Shown here: positions 1-9,345 of the stretch, piece after piece | How the letters are laid out: the number at the start of each line of letters is the position of its first letter | How positions within the stretch are numbered: the stretch's first letter is position 1 | Assembly: GCA_034421855.1 (NCBI GenBank) | Contig: DAOUKB010000046.1 | Location: forward strand, 726 to 64,725 | Reading direction: 5' to 3' | Source of the DNA: Anaerolineales bacterium | GTDB lineage: Bacteria > Chloroflexota > Anaerolineae > Caldilineales > Caldilineaceae | Length of the DNA: 64,000 nt | Translations under genes and position numbers: made by a program | The notes under the pieces: model-generated | The model's database searches: none | What the model saw: only the letters and a program-made list of their open reading frames with translations | What the model was told of the DNA's origin: nothing

Positions 1-73
1 CGATCTCCTGAAGGGGCTCAACGGCATATTCGTCTATCTGACGGCCGGTATCAGCTCCGAGGAGTTCCGCAGC

Positions 74-1582
74 ATGCTGCGGGGCAATCCCCCGGGACGG
101 CCCAACACGAGGCTGAAGCCCCATGCCGACGCGTTTCTGCTGCACATCAAACCTTCCTATTACCACGAAAGCGTAACGCGCTTCACGCATACCTATCGGC
201 TGGGATTGCTCTCTACCTACCTGTTCTTGTTCGAAACCATCACCGGCATCATTCTCATGATCTGGTATGCCCCTTCCCCGGAACGGGCGTACGTAGACAT
301 GATCCGCCTGCTCAGCAATGTGCCCTTCGGCCAACTCATGCGCGATCTGCACCGCATTGGGGCGGAATTGATGGTGGCCATCGTCACTTTGCACATGGTA
401 CGCACCTATCTGACCGGCAGCTACAAAGCACCCCGCGAATTCACCTGGTTGACGGGGGTGCTCCTGCTGGTCATCACGCTGTTCCTCAGCTTTTCCGGCT
501 ATCTGCTGCCCTGGGATCAGCTGGCCTTTTGGGCGGTAACTATCGGTACGTCCATGGCGGAAGCCGTGCCGCCCACCTTCGTAGGCGAGATCATCAACCT
601 GCTGGCGCGCGGGGCTCCGGACATCGGAGCCAACGGTCTGCTCCGGTTCTATCTGCTGCATGTGCTGTTCCTGCCCCTGCTTCTGATCCTGTTCTTCTTC
701 GTCCACTACTACAAGGTGGTCCTGTACGGCATCAGTCTGCCGGCCCAGGAAGAAGAAATCGGCGAAGACACCGCCAATCGGGTGCCCGCCAACCGCCGCG
801 TCTATTACCTGCCGGAAGTACTGGTGGACGAAGGCAGCTTTCTGCTGGTGGTCACGGCCATCGTCACGGCGGTGGTCGTCTTCCTCTTCCAGGCGCCGCT
901 GGAACACATTGCCAATCCGCAGCAGACGCCCTTCCATACGGTCGCGCCGTGGTACTTCTACTGGCTGCAGGGCTTGTTGAAGATCGCGGACAAAATGTGG
1001 GCCGGCGTGATCATTCCCGGCGTCCTCTTGGTGCTGCTGATGGCCATCCCCTATTTGGACCGGAATCCCAGTCGCCGCGGCGCCGATCGGCGCGTGGCCA
1101 CGATTTCCGGTATAGTCGCCGGCGTCTTCATGATCATCCTGAGCTGGATGGGAACTCCCAGCTATGCGGTGCAAGGGGCGCCTCCCTTGGAAATCGTGCA
1201 GGAACTCATGCCCGAGGAGGGATCCGGCATTGCGCGGGAGATCGGATATGTCCATTTGCCCAACGGGGTCTACGACTCCCGGGAGGAGTACGAGGTCAAC
1301 GCAGAGTTCGCGGAACTTTTGCACCAATTCCGACACGCGCTCGCTTCCTGGGACGCCAAGGTGGATGATTTCAACGACCCTTGGGGCCAAATCACCATTA
1401 GCCAGGATCAAGACGCCTTGAAGCGCGTGAATTGGGAAATCAACTGGATCAGCGCCGCGGGCACGGAAGAGTTCTTCACGCAGGATTTCTGGCTGCACGC
1501 CGACTCCTATTACTGGGAACAGTACGGCCTCAAAAAATTCGGCATCCCGCAGTTTCTGCAGCAGAACAGGGAAGAGCACTAA
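74..1582 (+). CDS. Cytochrome b of a bc-type complex (b6-like and subunit-IV-like halves fused, with a ~140-aa hydrophilic C-terminal extension)
   Basis: 502-aa ORF with GAGGAG 9 nt upstream of ATG-74. Multi-TM protein with a cytochrome b core ([29 protein letters not shown]; [25 protein letters not shown]; [14 protein letters not shown]). Two His pairs sit in helices B and D (H93/H107, H196/H211). PxWY-type motif (APWYFYW) in the second half. Another frame closes with TGA at 9-11, probably the end of the upstream gene. Confidence 0.9.
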   Translation: MLRGNPPGRPNTRLKPHADAFLLHIKPSYYHESVTRFTHTYRLGLLSTYLFLFETITGIILMIWYAPSPERAYVDMIRLLSNVPFGQLMRDLHRIGAELMVAIVTLHMVRTYLTGSYKAPREFTWLTGVLLLVITLFLSFSGYLLPWDQLAFWAVTIGTSMAEAVPPTFVGEIINLLARGAPDIGANGLLRFYLLHVLFLPLLLILFFFVHYYKVVLYGISLPAQEEEIGEDTANRVPANRRVYYLPEVLVDEGSFLLVVTAIVTAVVVFLFQAPLEHIANPQQTPFHTVAPWYFYWLQGLLKIADKMWAGVIIPGVLLVLLMAIPYLDRNPSRRGADRRVATISGIVAGVFMIILSWMGTPSYAVQGAPPLEIVQELMPEEGSGIAREIGYVHLPNGVYDSREEYEVNAEFAELLHQFRHALASWDAKVDDFNDPWGQITISQDQDALKRVNWEINWISAAGTEEFFTQDFWLHADSYYWEQYGLKKFGIPQFLQQNREEH

Positions 1583-1612
1583 GCTCTTTCACGCTCCCGG
1601 ACATACGCGGCC

Positions 1613-2533
1613 ATGCGCTCTCTTTACGTTCGCGACATCGGCAACAAGCTGATCTGGGGCCTGATCGCTTCCTTGGTGATCGTGGTCTGCGTGGGTCTCA
1701 CGGCCCAGACCGAGGACACGCGCATGGAGCTGCAGACCAACAACTGGGAAGGCCGCAGCATCGAGAACGGAGCCAAGATCTTCGCCGACAATTGCGCTAC
1801 CTGTCACGGTCAGAGGGGCCAGGGTCTGCCGAGCATCGCGCCGGCGCTCAACAGCCATTACTTTTTCACCCGCCGGTTGGACGACGTAGAGCAGGCCGGT
1901 ACCTTGCCGCTCTCCACCTATGTGCATCTGACGGTAGCCGCCGGCCGACCCAGCAAGGCCAACTCGCAGTGGATCAACCGTATGGTGCCTTGGAGCAGCG
2001 AGTTCGGAGGACCGCTCCGGGAAGACCAAGTGGAGGACGTCGTAGCGTACGTCATGAATTGGCGAGAGACGGCCCTCCAGCAGACGGTGGACGAAGATCC
2101 GTTCCAGCCTTTTCTGGATGTGCCCAAGCCGCCGGAATTGCAGAACATCGGCGTGGCCTCGGATTTGGAGTTCGAGCCCGTACAGCTTGCGATTTCCACG
2201 GTCTTGCCCCAAGGCAATCGCGAACCGGATTATCTCTTCAGCGCCATGGGCTGCGCCGGCTGCCACAATCTGGAACTGGACGAAGACCCCAGGAAGCCGG
2301 GGGAGTTGGGCCCCAACATGGGCAACGTGCATATCGTCGACAGTTATCGGGACGACGTGACGGACCCGGCAGCGTACATCAAGGCCAGCATTCTGACGCC
2401 GGACAATCCCCGAGTCGAAGGGTACGACGACAGCATGCCCGACGACTTCGCGGACCGCATGACCGAAGAGGAGATCGACCGTCTGGTGCTGTGGCTGCTC
2501 GACGAAAATCGAGAGTACGCTCCGAACGAGTAA
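1613..2533 (+). CDS. Membrane-anchored dihaem c-type cytochrome
   Basis: 306-aa ORF 30 nt after cytochrome b. N-terminal TM helix (LIWGLIASLVIVVCVGL). Two CxxCH haem-binding motifs (CATCH, CAGCH). Confidence 0.88.
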   Translation: MRSLYVRDIGNKLIWGLIASLVIVVCVGLTAQTEDTRMELQTNNWEGRSIENGAKIFADNCATCHGQRGQGLPSIAPALNSHYFFTRRLDDVEQAGTLPLSTYVHLTVAAGRPSKANSQWINRMVPWSSEFGGPLREDQVEDVVAYVMNWRETALQQTVDEDPFQPFLDVPKPPELQNIGVASDLEFEPVQLAISTVLPQGNREPDYLFSAMGCAGCHNLELDEDPRKPGELGPNMGNVHIVDSYRDDVTDPAAYIKASILTPDNPRVEGYDDSMPDDFADRMTEEEIDRLVLWLLDENREYAPNE

Positions 2534-2632
2534 GGCTGCGCCGCCTGTCTTGGGAAGTCCGGCGCCTTCCGGCATGGCTTGCCGTACCGGGACGTCTGGG
2601 ATAGGATCGCAAGCCGGGCATGTACCCGACGA

Positions 2633-2704
2633 GCGGGTGTAGTTCAGTGGTAGAACGTCAGCTTCCCAAGCTGAATGTCGACGGTTCGAACCCGTTCACC
2701 CGCT
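2633..2704 (+). tRNA. tRNA-Gly (anticodon CCC)
   Basis: Hand-folded cloverleaf. Acceptor GCGGGTG/CACCCGC; D arm GTTC-AGTGGTA-GAAC; anticodon arm TCAGC-TTCCCAA-GCTGA (anticodon CCC); T arm GACGG-TTCGAAC-CCGTT; discriminator T. CCA is not encoded. Confidence 0.93.
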
Positions 2705-2848
2705 CTTAGTCCCCCTTCTCTCCCCACCGGCGATCGCCCGCACCCGCGCGGCGGCGCGGGTACGCAGAGCCTTGGTTTCTTCCATACACGGCCACCGCGT
2801 CTGGCACCATAGGGCAGCGGTGCGGATTCCCGGCAGGATCGAAGCCTA

Positions 2849-4699
2849 ATGTCTTTGGAAATGCTCTACCTGCTCATTCTGGTAGGCGCTTCGCTGCTTT
2901 TCATCACGGAGTGGCTGCCGATGGAAGTCACGGCCCTGTTGATTATCGTCGGTCTGGCCTTTGCGCGCATCCTGTCCCCGGCCGCAGCGCTGTCGGGATT
3001 CGCCAACTCGGCGACCGTGACCGTGGGCGCCATGTTCGTCCTGAGTGCGGGTCTGGTACGCACCGGGGCCCTGGAGAACTTGACCATCAATCTGGCCGAG
3101 TTTTCCCAGGGGCGGTCCCGGCGCTTGCTGATCGTGTTGGGCATAGCCGTGCCCATCGCCAGCGCCTTCATCAACAACACGCCCGTGGTGGCCATGATGG
3201 TGCCGGTCATCATTTCCCTGTCCCTGCGCTACGAAATGGCCCCGTCCAAGCTCCTGATCCCGGTCAGCTACTTCGCCATCCTGGGCGGCACTCTGACGTT
3301 GATAGGCACCAGCACCAATATTCTGGTCAACGAATTGAAGATCGAAGCGGGCCAGCCTGCTTTCGGCCTCTTCGACTTCGCGCCGCTGGGGCTTATCTTC
3401 ATCGTGATCGGCGGCATCCTGATCATCTTTCTGAGCGAACGTCTGATGCCGGACAAATTCGGAGAATTCGAAGGGCTCGCGGCGACGCACCGCGTGTATC
3501 TGGCCCGTTTCAGGGTACCCAATGCTTCTACCCTGGTGGGGCGCAGGGCCAGCGACGTCTTCGACCATGTATACCCCACTTCGGACATGCACCTAAGGCT
3601 TTCCAGCATGCGTCGGCTCACGCCGGCGAGAAGTTCGCATATGCCGGCCGACCTGAGACTGCTGTCCCACCGCCGGGCAGACGGTTCTCTGCCTACCCAT
3701 CTGGCAGAAGACGAGGAGGTCCAAGCCCAAGATCGACTGCTGGTGTCCGGAGAAGCGGATGCGGTAGTGCGGTTCCAAAGCCAACACAGTCTGGCCCCCG
3801 ACTTCGGACGCAGCGAGCGGGGGGGCGCCTTTACGCAGGCGGCAGGGGACCGTCTGGTCATTCAAGCCGTCGTCCTTTCCAACTCGTCCCTGATCGGCCA
3901 TTCCTTGGAATCGCTGGATGCTCTGGACTCGTATGCGGTACGGGTGTTGGGCTACATGCCGCCCGACGCGCACACGGTCCATGCCGATCCCGAGAGAGAG
4001 ATTCGGAGCGGAGATGCCCTGCTGCTGGAAGGGACCCAGAACGGCCTCAACTCGCTGCGGGATCGCTATCGCCTGACCTTGATCGAAGAGCGGATGCGGA
4101 TGGCGGCACAGTTTCGCAAGAACAACACGGCTTTGGTCATCATGGCCGGAGTCGTGCTGGCCGGGGCGCTGTCGGGGCTGCCTTTCGTGCTGGTGGCGCT
4201 GACCGGCGCCTTGGCCATGATCGTCACCGGGTGTTTGACGTTGCAGGAAGCGTTTCGCTCCTTGAACAGCCGTACCTTGATGTTGTTGGTGGGTACGATT
4301 CCGCTGGGGATGGGCATGCAGGCCGCCGGCATCATCGATCCCGTCGTGCATTTTCTGATGCAGGGCCCCTGGCTCACCAGTCTGACGGTGGCCGTCGGCG
4401 TCCTTTACCTGCTGGCTTCCGTTTTGACCCAGTTGATTTCCAATGCCGCGGTGGCGGTCTTGTTTGTACCCATTGCCATGGGCCTCGCGCAGTCCTTGCA
4501 AATCGACTCGCTGCCCTTGATCATGGCGATCGCCTTCGGGGCCAGCGCCAGTTTCATGTCGCCTACGGGATATCAAACCAATGCCATCGTGATGGAACCG
4601 GGAGGCTATTCCTATACGGATTACTTGCGGCTGGGCGTGCCTTTGCAAATCACCATGTGGTTGGTGGCCACTGCCTGCATTCCCTTGATCTACGGGTGA
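2849..4699 (+). CDS. SLC13/DASS-type anion permease with central TrkA-C (RCK_C) domains
   Basis: 616-aa ORF. Hydrophobic N- and C-terminal transporter halves (..ASAFINNTPVVAMMVPVI.., ..LISNAAVAVLFVPIAMG.., ..GASASFMSPTGYQTNAIV..) flank a ~200-aa soluble insert. Confidence 0.85.
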   Translation: MSLEMLYLLILVGASLLFITEWLPMEVTALLIIVGLAFARILSPAAALSGFANSATVTVGAMFVLSAGLVRTGALENLTINLAEFSQGRSRRLLIVLGIAVPIASAFINNTPVVAMMVPVIISLSLRYEMAPSKLLIPVSYFAILGGTLTLIGTSTNILVNELKIEAGQPAFGLFDFAPLGLIFIVIGGILIIFLSERLMPDKFGEFEGLAATHRVYLARFRVPNASTLVGRRASDVFDHVYPTSDMHLRLSSMRRLTPARSSHMPADLRLLSHRRADGSLPTHLAEDEEVQAQDRLLVSGEADAVVRFQSQHSLAPDFGRSERGGAFTQAAGDRLVIQAVVLSNSSLIGHSLESLDALDSYAVRVLGYMPPDAHTVHADPEREIRSGDALLLEGTQNGLNSLRDRYRLTLIEERMRMAAQFRKNNTALVIMAGVVLAGALSGLPFVLVALTGALAMIVTGCLTLQEAFRSLNSRTLMLLVGTIPLGMGMQAAGIIDPVVHFLMQGPWLTSLTVAVGVLYLLASVLTQLISNAAVAVLFVPIAMGLAQSLQIDSLPLIMAIAFGASASFMSPTGYQTNAIVMEPGGYSYTDYLRLGVPLQITMWLVATACIPLIYG

Positions 4700-5444
4700 A
4701 GCTCCGGGCGCGCCCACGGCAGATAAAGCCAATAGCCTGCGGACCTCGTCGCCGAGACTCCGGGCGAGATTGGGACCGTGACGTATGAAGGTCGAGGCGG
4801 ATACGGTTCCTGCGGGAGGCACATGCCGGCTTGGGGCGACTGCGGAGTGGTCGGCACCGCGCCGGCCTTGGTCTACGCCTCTCCCACAGGGGAGTAGGCA
4901 GGGCATCTTTCCGGGCATCCCCGTGATCCGCGCGACCGGACAAAAAAAGGGAGAGGGGATCCATACTCAGCCGGACGCTCTGCCCCTACGTCATGGTGCG
5001 CCCTGGATCTTGACCCAAGTACAGGAGGCGGGCACAGACAATCCTGGGCCGGGAGCGGGCATCGCCGCCGTCGGAACACCCCCGCTACACCGCGCCAGCC
5101 CGGTTCAGCGCTGCAAGTATCGGAGGCGAGCCGGCTGCTCGCCGGCAGGAAACTGCAGGCAGACTAGACACCGAGAGGCCGGTGCGCCAGACGCGCGACC
5201 GCGCGCGAGGCCAGTTTCGCCGAGGCAAGCCGTGCAGTCGCCTGATACAGAGGACCAACGCCCCTGCAGCCATGCCGGTCTTGTGCGTCACGCTTGATAT
5301 CATTGCTACCTGATTATGGAGCGGGCAAGCAAACTGCGACCAGGCGTAAGTCCTACATCGTCCCCGATTGCAACACGGAACCCCCTGCTCTACGTAGCGC
5401 CGGTAGCGCACCGGCCCCATACTTTGCGAAACCTTGCTAATCTA

Positions 5445-5723
5445 ATGCCTCTTTACGAATACCGGTGTCTCCATTGTCGGCATGTGTTTTCCCACTGGTG
5501 GCGATCCATGGCGGACGCCGCATCCGGCCAGCTGCCGGACTGTCCCCAGTGCACCGGCTCCACAGTCAAGCGCGTCGTGTCTGCGCCTACCGTGCTGGGT
5601 CGGATCGGCGGCCTCACGCCACAGGAACAATCCGAAGTGAAACAGGTCGAAGAGAAGATGGCGGCCATCACGCCCAAGTCCCAGATCGATCAGTTGCAGG
5701 CCAGCCGCACCCGACCCCAATAG
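5445..5723 (+). CDS. FmdB-family zinc-ribbon protein
   Basis: Begins with the family hallmark MPLYEYRCLHCRHVF, followed by a second CxxC (CPQCTG). The longer ORF from 5316 would add a non-conserved 43-aa leader. Confidence 0.8.
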   Translation: MPLYEYRCLHCRHVFSHWWRSMADAASGQLPDCPQCTGSTVKRVVSAPTVLGRIGGLTPQEQSEVKQVEEKMAAITPKSQIDQLQASRTRPQ

Positions 5724-5740
5724 CCGGGGCAGGCTCTTCC

Positions 5741-7120
5741 GTGACTACGCCGGCCCGAGAGGATCTGCGCTCCGCCCTGGACATCCAGCATCGGGAGGCC
5801 CCGCGGCTGTCCAGTTTGCCTCTGGGGGTACGCGACCATCTTGGGCAGGAAGCCCTCGCGCGGCGACGCCTGGAGGCCAGAGTGGGCGCCGTCTTCCGCG
5901 CTTGGGGATACAACGACGTGATTCTGCCCATGTTCGAGTACGCGGACACCTTGGAACTCCCCATCAAGGCAGAGTCCAGCACCCGCCTCTATCGGTTCTT
6001 CGACCTGGAAGGGCGGACCCTCGTCCTGCGGCCGGACATGACTACTTCGGTGGCCAGAGTGGTGGGAACCCGCTTGACCGGCGTGGAAGGACCCCATCGC
6101 CTCTGCTATGCCGGCAGCGTCTTCCGCCACGAGGAATCATCCGGCATCGGCTACCAACAGGAATTCCGCCAGTTGGGCATCGAATTGGTGGGGGCGGGTA
6201 CGCCCGAAGCCGATGCCGAAGTCCTCGCCTGCCTCTCGGCGGCCCTGGATGCCTGCCGGCTGTATGCGTTTTCACTGGTCTTGGGTCACACCGGCTACTA
6301 TCAGGGCCTGCAAGACGCATTGCACCTGCCGCCCGCGTCGGAGCGGGAACTGCGAGAAGCATTGCATCGCAAAAGCGAACCCGCGGTGACGGAATTGATC
6401 GACAGGCATCACCTCACCGGCACCCGCGGACATGCCCTGGAAATGCTCCTGCACTTGAGCGGTGCAGATACGAGCGCAGTACTCGCACAGGCCGGCGCGT
6501 GTTGTCTGAACGCCCGCATGGAACGGGCCTTGACCAATCTGCGCGACATCTGCGCCGGGGTGGAGGCGCACGGCGAAGGAGATCACGTCGTCTTGGATTT
6601 GGCCGACATTCGGGATCTGCAGTACTACACGGGCATGACTTTCGAAGTTCTGCTGCCCGATGCCACCATGGTGGCAGGCGGCGGCGGACGCTACGACAGT
6701 CTGGTAGGCAATTTCGGGACGCCCCAGGCGGCGGTCGGGGGGGCCCTGCAGCTGGATCGGCTAATTCGCGCATCGGGGGCCGTACAGGCATCCAATCCTC
6801 TGCAGAGAGTGGCGCCCGACTTGTTGATGGGCAACACGCGCAACCCGCAATGCCTGGCCTTCGTCAAGGAGTTGCGCCGCGGCGGTCTGACCGTGATCGT
6901 CGATCCCCTGCCCCGCACCGAGACGCAGCTGAGAGAATTAGGCATGGGCCAGTCTGCCAGAGTGACGGCTCGATGGTCGGGAGATCGCCCTTACCTGCGG
7001 GTACTGGATGCCCAGGAACCGAGTTGGATTGGACGACGGCTGGCCCCGCGCAGGGTAGCGGAATACCTGCTTGCCCAAGACTTGAAGCGGGAGTGCCGCA
7101 GAGACGATTTTCATGGTTGA
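5741..7120 (+). CDS. hisZ: ATP phosphoribosyltransferase regulatory subunit HisZ
   Basis: Class-II aaRS-like HisZ motifs (LPLGVRDHL, YRFFDLEGRTLVLRPDMTTSVARV, YQQEFRQLGIELVG). GTG-5741 is the first start after the fmdB stop. The ORF-track start 5465 overlaps fmdB. The gene overlaps hisG by ATGgtTGA. Confidence 0.85.
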   Translation: MTTPAREDLRSALDIQHREAPRLSSLPLGVRDHLGQEALARRRLEARVGAVFRAWGYNDVILPMFEYADTLELPIKAESSTRLYRFFDLEGRTLVLRPDMTTSVARVVGTRLTGVEGPHRLCYAGSVFRHEESSGIGYQQEFRQLGIELVGAGTPEADAEVLACLSAALDACRLYAFSLVLGHTGYYQGLQDALHLPPASERELREALHRKSEPAVTELIDRHHLTGTRGHALEMLLHLSGADTSAVLAQAGACCLNARMERALTNLRDICAGVEAHGEGDHVVLDLADIRDLQYYTGMTFEVLLPDATMVAGGGGRYDSLVGNFGTPQAAVGGALQLDRLIRASGAVQASNPLQRVAPDLLMGNTRNPQCLAFVKELRRGGLTVIVDPLPRTETQLRELGMGQSARVTARWSGDRPYLRVLDAQEPSWIGRRLAPRRVAEYLLAQDLKRECRRDDFHG

Positions 7121-7844
7121 GCCCGGCCCTGATCCCGCTGCCACGACCGGGGCGCGGCCTCTCCGTCTGGCCGTTCCCAAAGGACGCGTGGCGGAGGAAC
7201 TGTTCGCTTACATGAAAGCCCGCAGGCTCGGTGTGCCGCCTTCTCGGAACGACCGACGTTTGACCATTACGAACGACGACTGCAGCCTCGAATACATTCT
7301 GGCCAAACCGGCCGACGTGCCCACCTTCGTCTCGCACGGCGTGGCGGACGTGGGCGTCGTGGGGTTGGACAATCTACGGGAAGAGAACTTGGACGTACTG
7401 GAACCCTTCGCGCTGCCCTTGAAAACCTGGCGCATGAGCTTGGCCGGTTTTGCGGAGTGGCGGGGCCGCTCCCTGCAGGGCGCGAATCATCTGCGCGTGG
7501 CTACCAAGTACGTCCGCATCGCCTCCGAGTTCTTCGTCTCCAAGGGCATCAGCGCGGAGATCATCAAGTTGAACGGATCTGTGGAACTGGCCCCTTTGAC
7601 AGGCCTGTCGGATCTGATATTGGACGTGGTGGAGACCGGCGGTACTTTGAAAGCCAACGGCTTGGAAGAGCTGTATCAGGTTATGCAGTGTCATCCCGTG
7701 GTCATCGTGAATCGATCTGCCTATCATCTCCAATCCGCGCAGGTAGGGGGCTTTCTGCAGGCCATTCACCCCAAGGCGCATCGGCAACACGGCGGCGGAG
7801 GGCAAACGGCAACGTGTACCCAATCGAGCCCGAGACGCAGATGA
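7113..7844 (+). CDS. hisG: ATP phosphoribosyltransferase, short form (HisG)
   Basis: LRLAVPKGRV, KPADVPTFVSHGVADVGVVGLD, LAPLTGLSDLILDVVETGGTLKANGL. It has a low-complexity C-terminal tail. Confidence 0.9.
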   Translation: MVEPGPDPAATTGARPLRLAVPKGRVAEELFAYMKARRLGVPPSRNDRRLTITNDDCSLEYILAKPADVPTFVSHGVADVGVVGLDNLREENLDVLEPFALPLKTWRMSLAGFAEWRGRSLQGANHLRVATKYVRIASEFFVSKGISAEIIKLNGSVELAPLTGLSDLILDVVETGGTLKANGLEELYQVMQCHPVVIVNRSAYHLQSAQVGGFLQAIHPKAHRQHGGGGQTATCTQSSPRRR

Positions 7845-7896
7845 CCCGACCGACTGCCTGGGGTCGGGCGTCGTCGTCCCCGAGAAGCGGAACACG

Positions 7897-8436
7897 ATGT
7901 CGGAGATAAGACCCTGCGCCGCCATTGCCGATGTGCAGGTGGTGCATCCGCGGTGGTTCGCCGACCAGCGCGGTCGCTTTTGCGAGACTTTCCGCACGGA
8001 GTGGTTCCCGCAGCGCAGCTGGCAGGCCATGCAATGCAACCGTAGCGAAAGCCGGGCGGGAGTACTACGGGGTCTTCACTACCATTTTCGCCAAGTGGAC
8101 TACTGGCAGTTGCTGGCCGGCACGATTGAAATCGGACTTGCGGATCTGCGGCGATCTTCGCCCACCTTCGGGCAGAGCACGTTGCTCACCGTAGACGCGG
8201 ATTCCGGCCTGGGGATCTACATTCCGCCGGGTGTAGCCCACGGCTTTCACAGTCTGTCGCCCGCCACTCTGCTATACGTAGTCGACCAATACTACGACGG
8301 CCAGGACGAGCATGGCGTAATTTGGAACGATCCGGAACTGGCCATTCCGTGGTCGACCCGCAACCCGGTATTGTCTGCGCGCGACCAAGCCAATCCGGCG
8401 TGGCAGGCGGTGCCCGCAGACCTCAGACCGCAGTAG
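7897..8436 (+). CDS. rmlC: dTDP-4-dehydrorhamnose 3,5-epimerase (cupin fold)
   Basis: 179 aa. F.DQRGRF.E.F, GVLRGLHYH, YIPPGVAHGF and a conserved C-terminal WNDPELAIPW. Confidence 0.85.
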   Translation: MSEIRPCAAIADVQVVHPRWFADQRGRFCETFRTEWFPQRSWQAMQCNRSESRAGVLRGLHYHFRQVDYWQLLAGTIEIGLADLRRSSPTFGQSTLLTVDADSGLGIYIPPGVAHGFHSLSPATLLYVVDQYYDGQDEHGVIWNDPELAIPWSTRNPVLSARDQANPAWQAVPADLRPQ

Positions 8437-8447
8437 GAGACATATAC

Positions 8448-9332
8448 ATGAGCCACAAGGCACGCATCGGAGTTATCGGCGGCAGCGGAGTCTATCGGAT
8501 CGAAGCCCTGACCGATCTGCAGGAGGTCGCGTTGACGACGCCCTTCGGCCCTGCTTCCGACACCTATCGGGTAGGCGAGATTCAGGGGCAGGCAGTGGCG
8601 TTTCTGGCCCGACACGGGCGCGGACACACGATCTCGCCTACCCACCTGAACCACCGGGCCAACATCTACGGCTTCAAGCAGTTGGGCGTGGAGTATCTGA
8701 TCAGCGCCAATGCCTGCGGGAGCGTACGTCCCCATCTGGAGGTGGGCACGATCGTGGTCCCGGATCAGCTGTACGACCATACGCGCTTACGTTCCCTTTC
8801 CTTCTTCGACGATGCCGGAGCAGGCACGCAGGGGGTGGTGGTCCACATTCCCTTCGAACAACCTTTCTGCCCCTTCCTCAACGCCATATGCGTCCGCGCC
8901 CTCCAGGAGACCGGCGCGCCGGTGGTCGCGGGAGGCAATTTTCTGACCATCGAAGGGCCGCGTTTCAGCTCCCGGTTCGAGACCGCCACGTTTGTCGGTT
9001 GGGGCACGGACATCCTGGGCATGACCACTTCCCCCGAGGCCCAGCTGGCCCGGGAAGCGGAAATGAGCTTTTCGGTGATGGCCCACATCACCGACCAAGA
9101 CACGGTAGACGAGAAAGAGACCGTTTCCGTGGACGTAGTGTTGGCAAACGTGGCCCGGAATGCCGCCAAGATCAACGCCGCCGTGGAGAGAGCCGTGATT
9201 CTGCTGGCCGACGCTCCGCCTTCGCCGCAGGCCGACGTCCTGGCGAATTCCATTCAGACCGATCCCAGCCACATCACTCGGGCGCAGGTGGAGGCCGTCC
9301 CCGAGCTGCTGGGCAAATATTTCCCGCTCTGA
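8448..9332 (+). CDS. mtnP: S-methyl-5'-thioadenosine phosphorylase
   Basis: MSHKARIGVIGGSGVY.., FLARHGRGH, ISANACGS, GMTTSPEAQLAREAE. ATG-8448 lies 11 nt after the rmlC stop. Confidence 0.9.
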   Translation: MSHKARIGVIGGSGVYRIEALTDLQEVALTTPFGPASDTYRVGEIQGQAVAFLARHGRGHTISPTHLNHRANIYGFKQLGVEYLISANACGSVRPHLEVGTIVVPDQLYDHTRLRSLSFFDDAGAGTQGVVVHIPFEQPFCPFLNAICVRALQETGAPVVAGGNFLTIEGPRFSSRFETATFVGWGTDILGMTTSPEAQLAREAEMSFSVMAHITDQDTVDEKETVSVDVVLANVARNAAKINAAVERAVILLADAPPSPQADVLANSIQTDPSHITRAQVEAVPELLGKYFPL

Positions 9333-9345
9333 GCGCGGCCTTGCC

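Noticed and set aside
4785-5420. ORFs inside the 745-nt gap (4785-5297 +, 5085-5420 -, 4873-5079 -, 4650-4964 -)
   Set aside because: The translations are Arg/Pro/Gly/Ala-rich with no hydrophobic-core periodicity or motifs, and I see no convincing RBS. I treat them as non-coding, though a small basic protein cannot be excluded.
2705-5444. Genomic island integrated at tRNA-Gly
   Set aside because: There is no integrase, no convincing direct repeat of the tRNA 3' end downstream, and the only gene is an ordinary SLC13 permease.
5465-5740. N-terminal 92 codons of the ORF-track hisZ entry, and similar long 5' extensions at 21071, 22321, 24970, 50662, 16314 and 61721-63145
   Set aside because: These extensions overlap the preceding, well-supported gene in another frame and translate to low-complexity sequence. 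I trimmed each to the first plausible start after the upstream stop.
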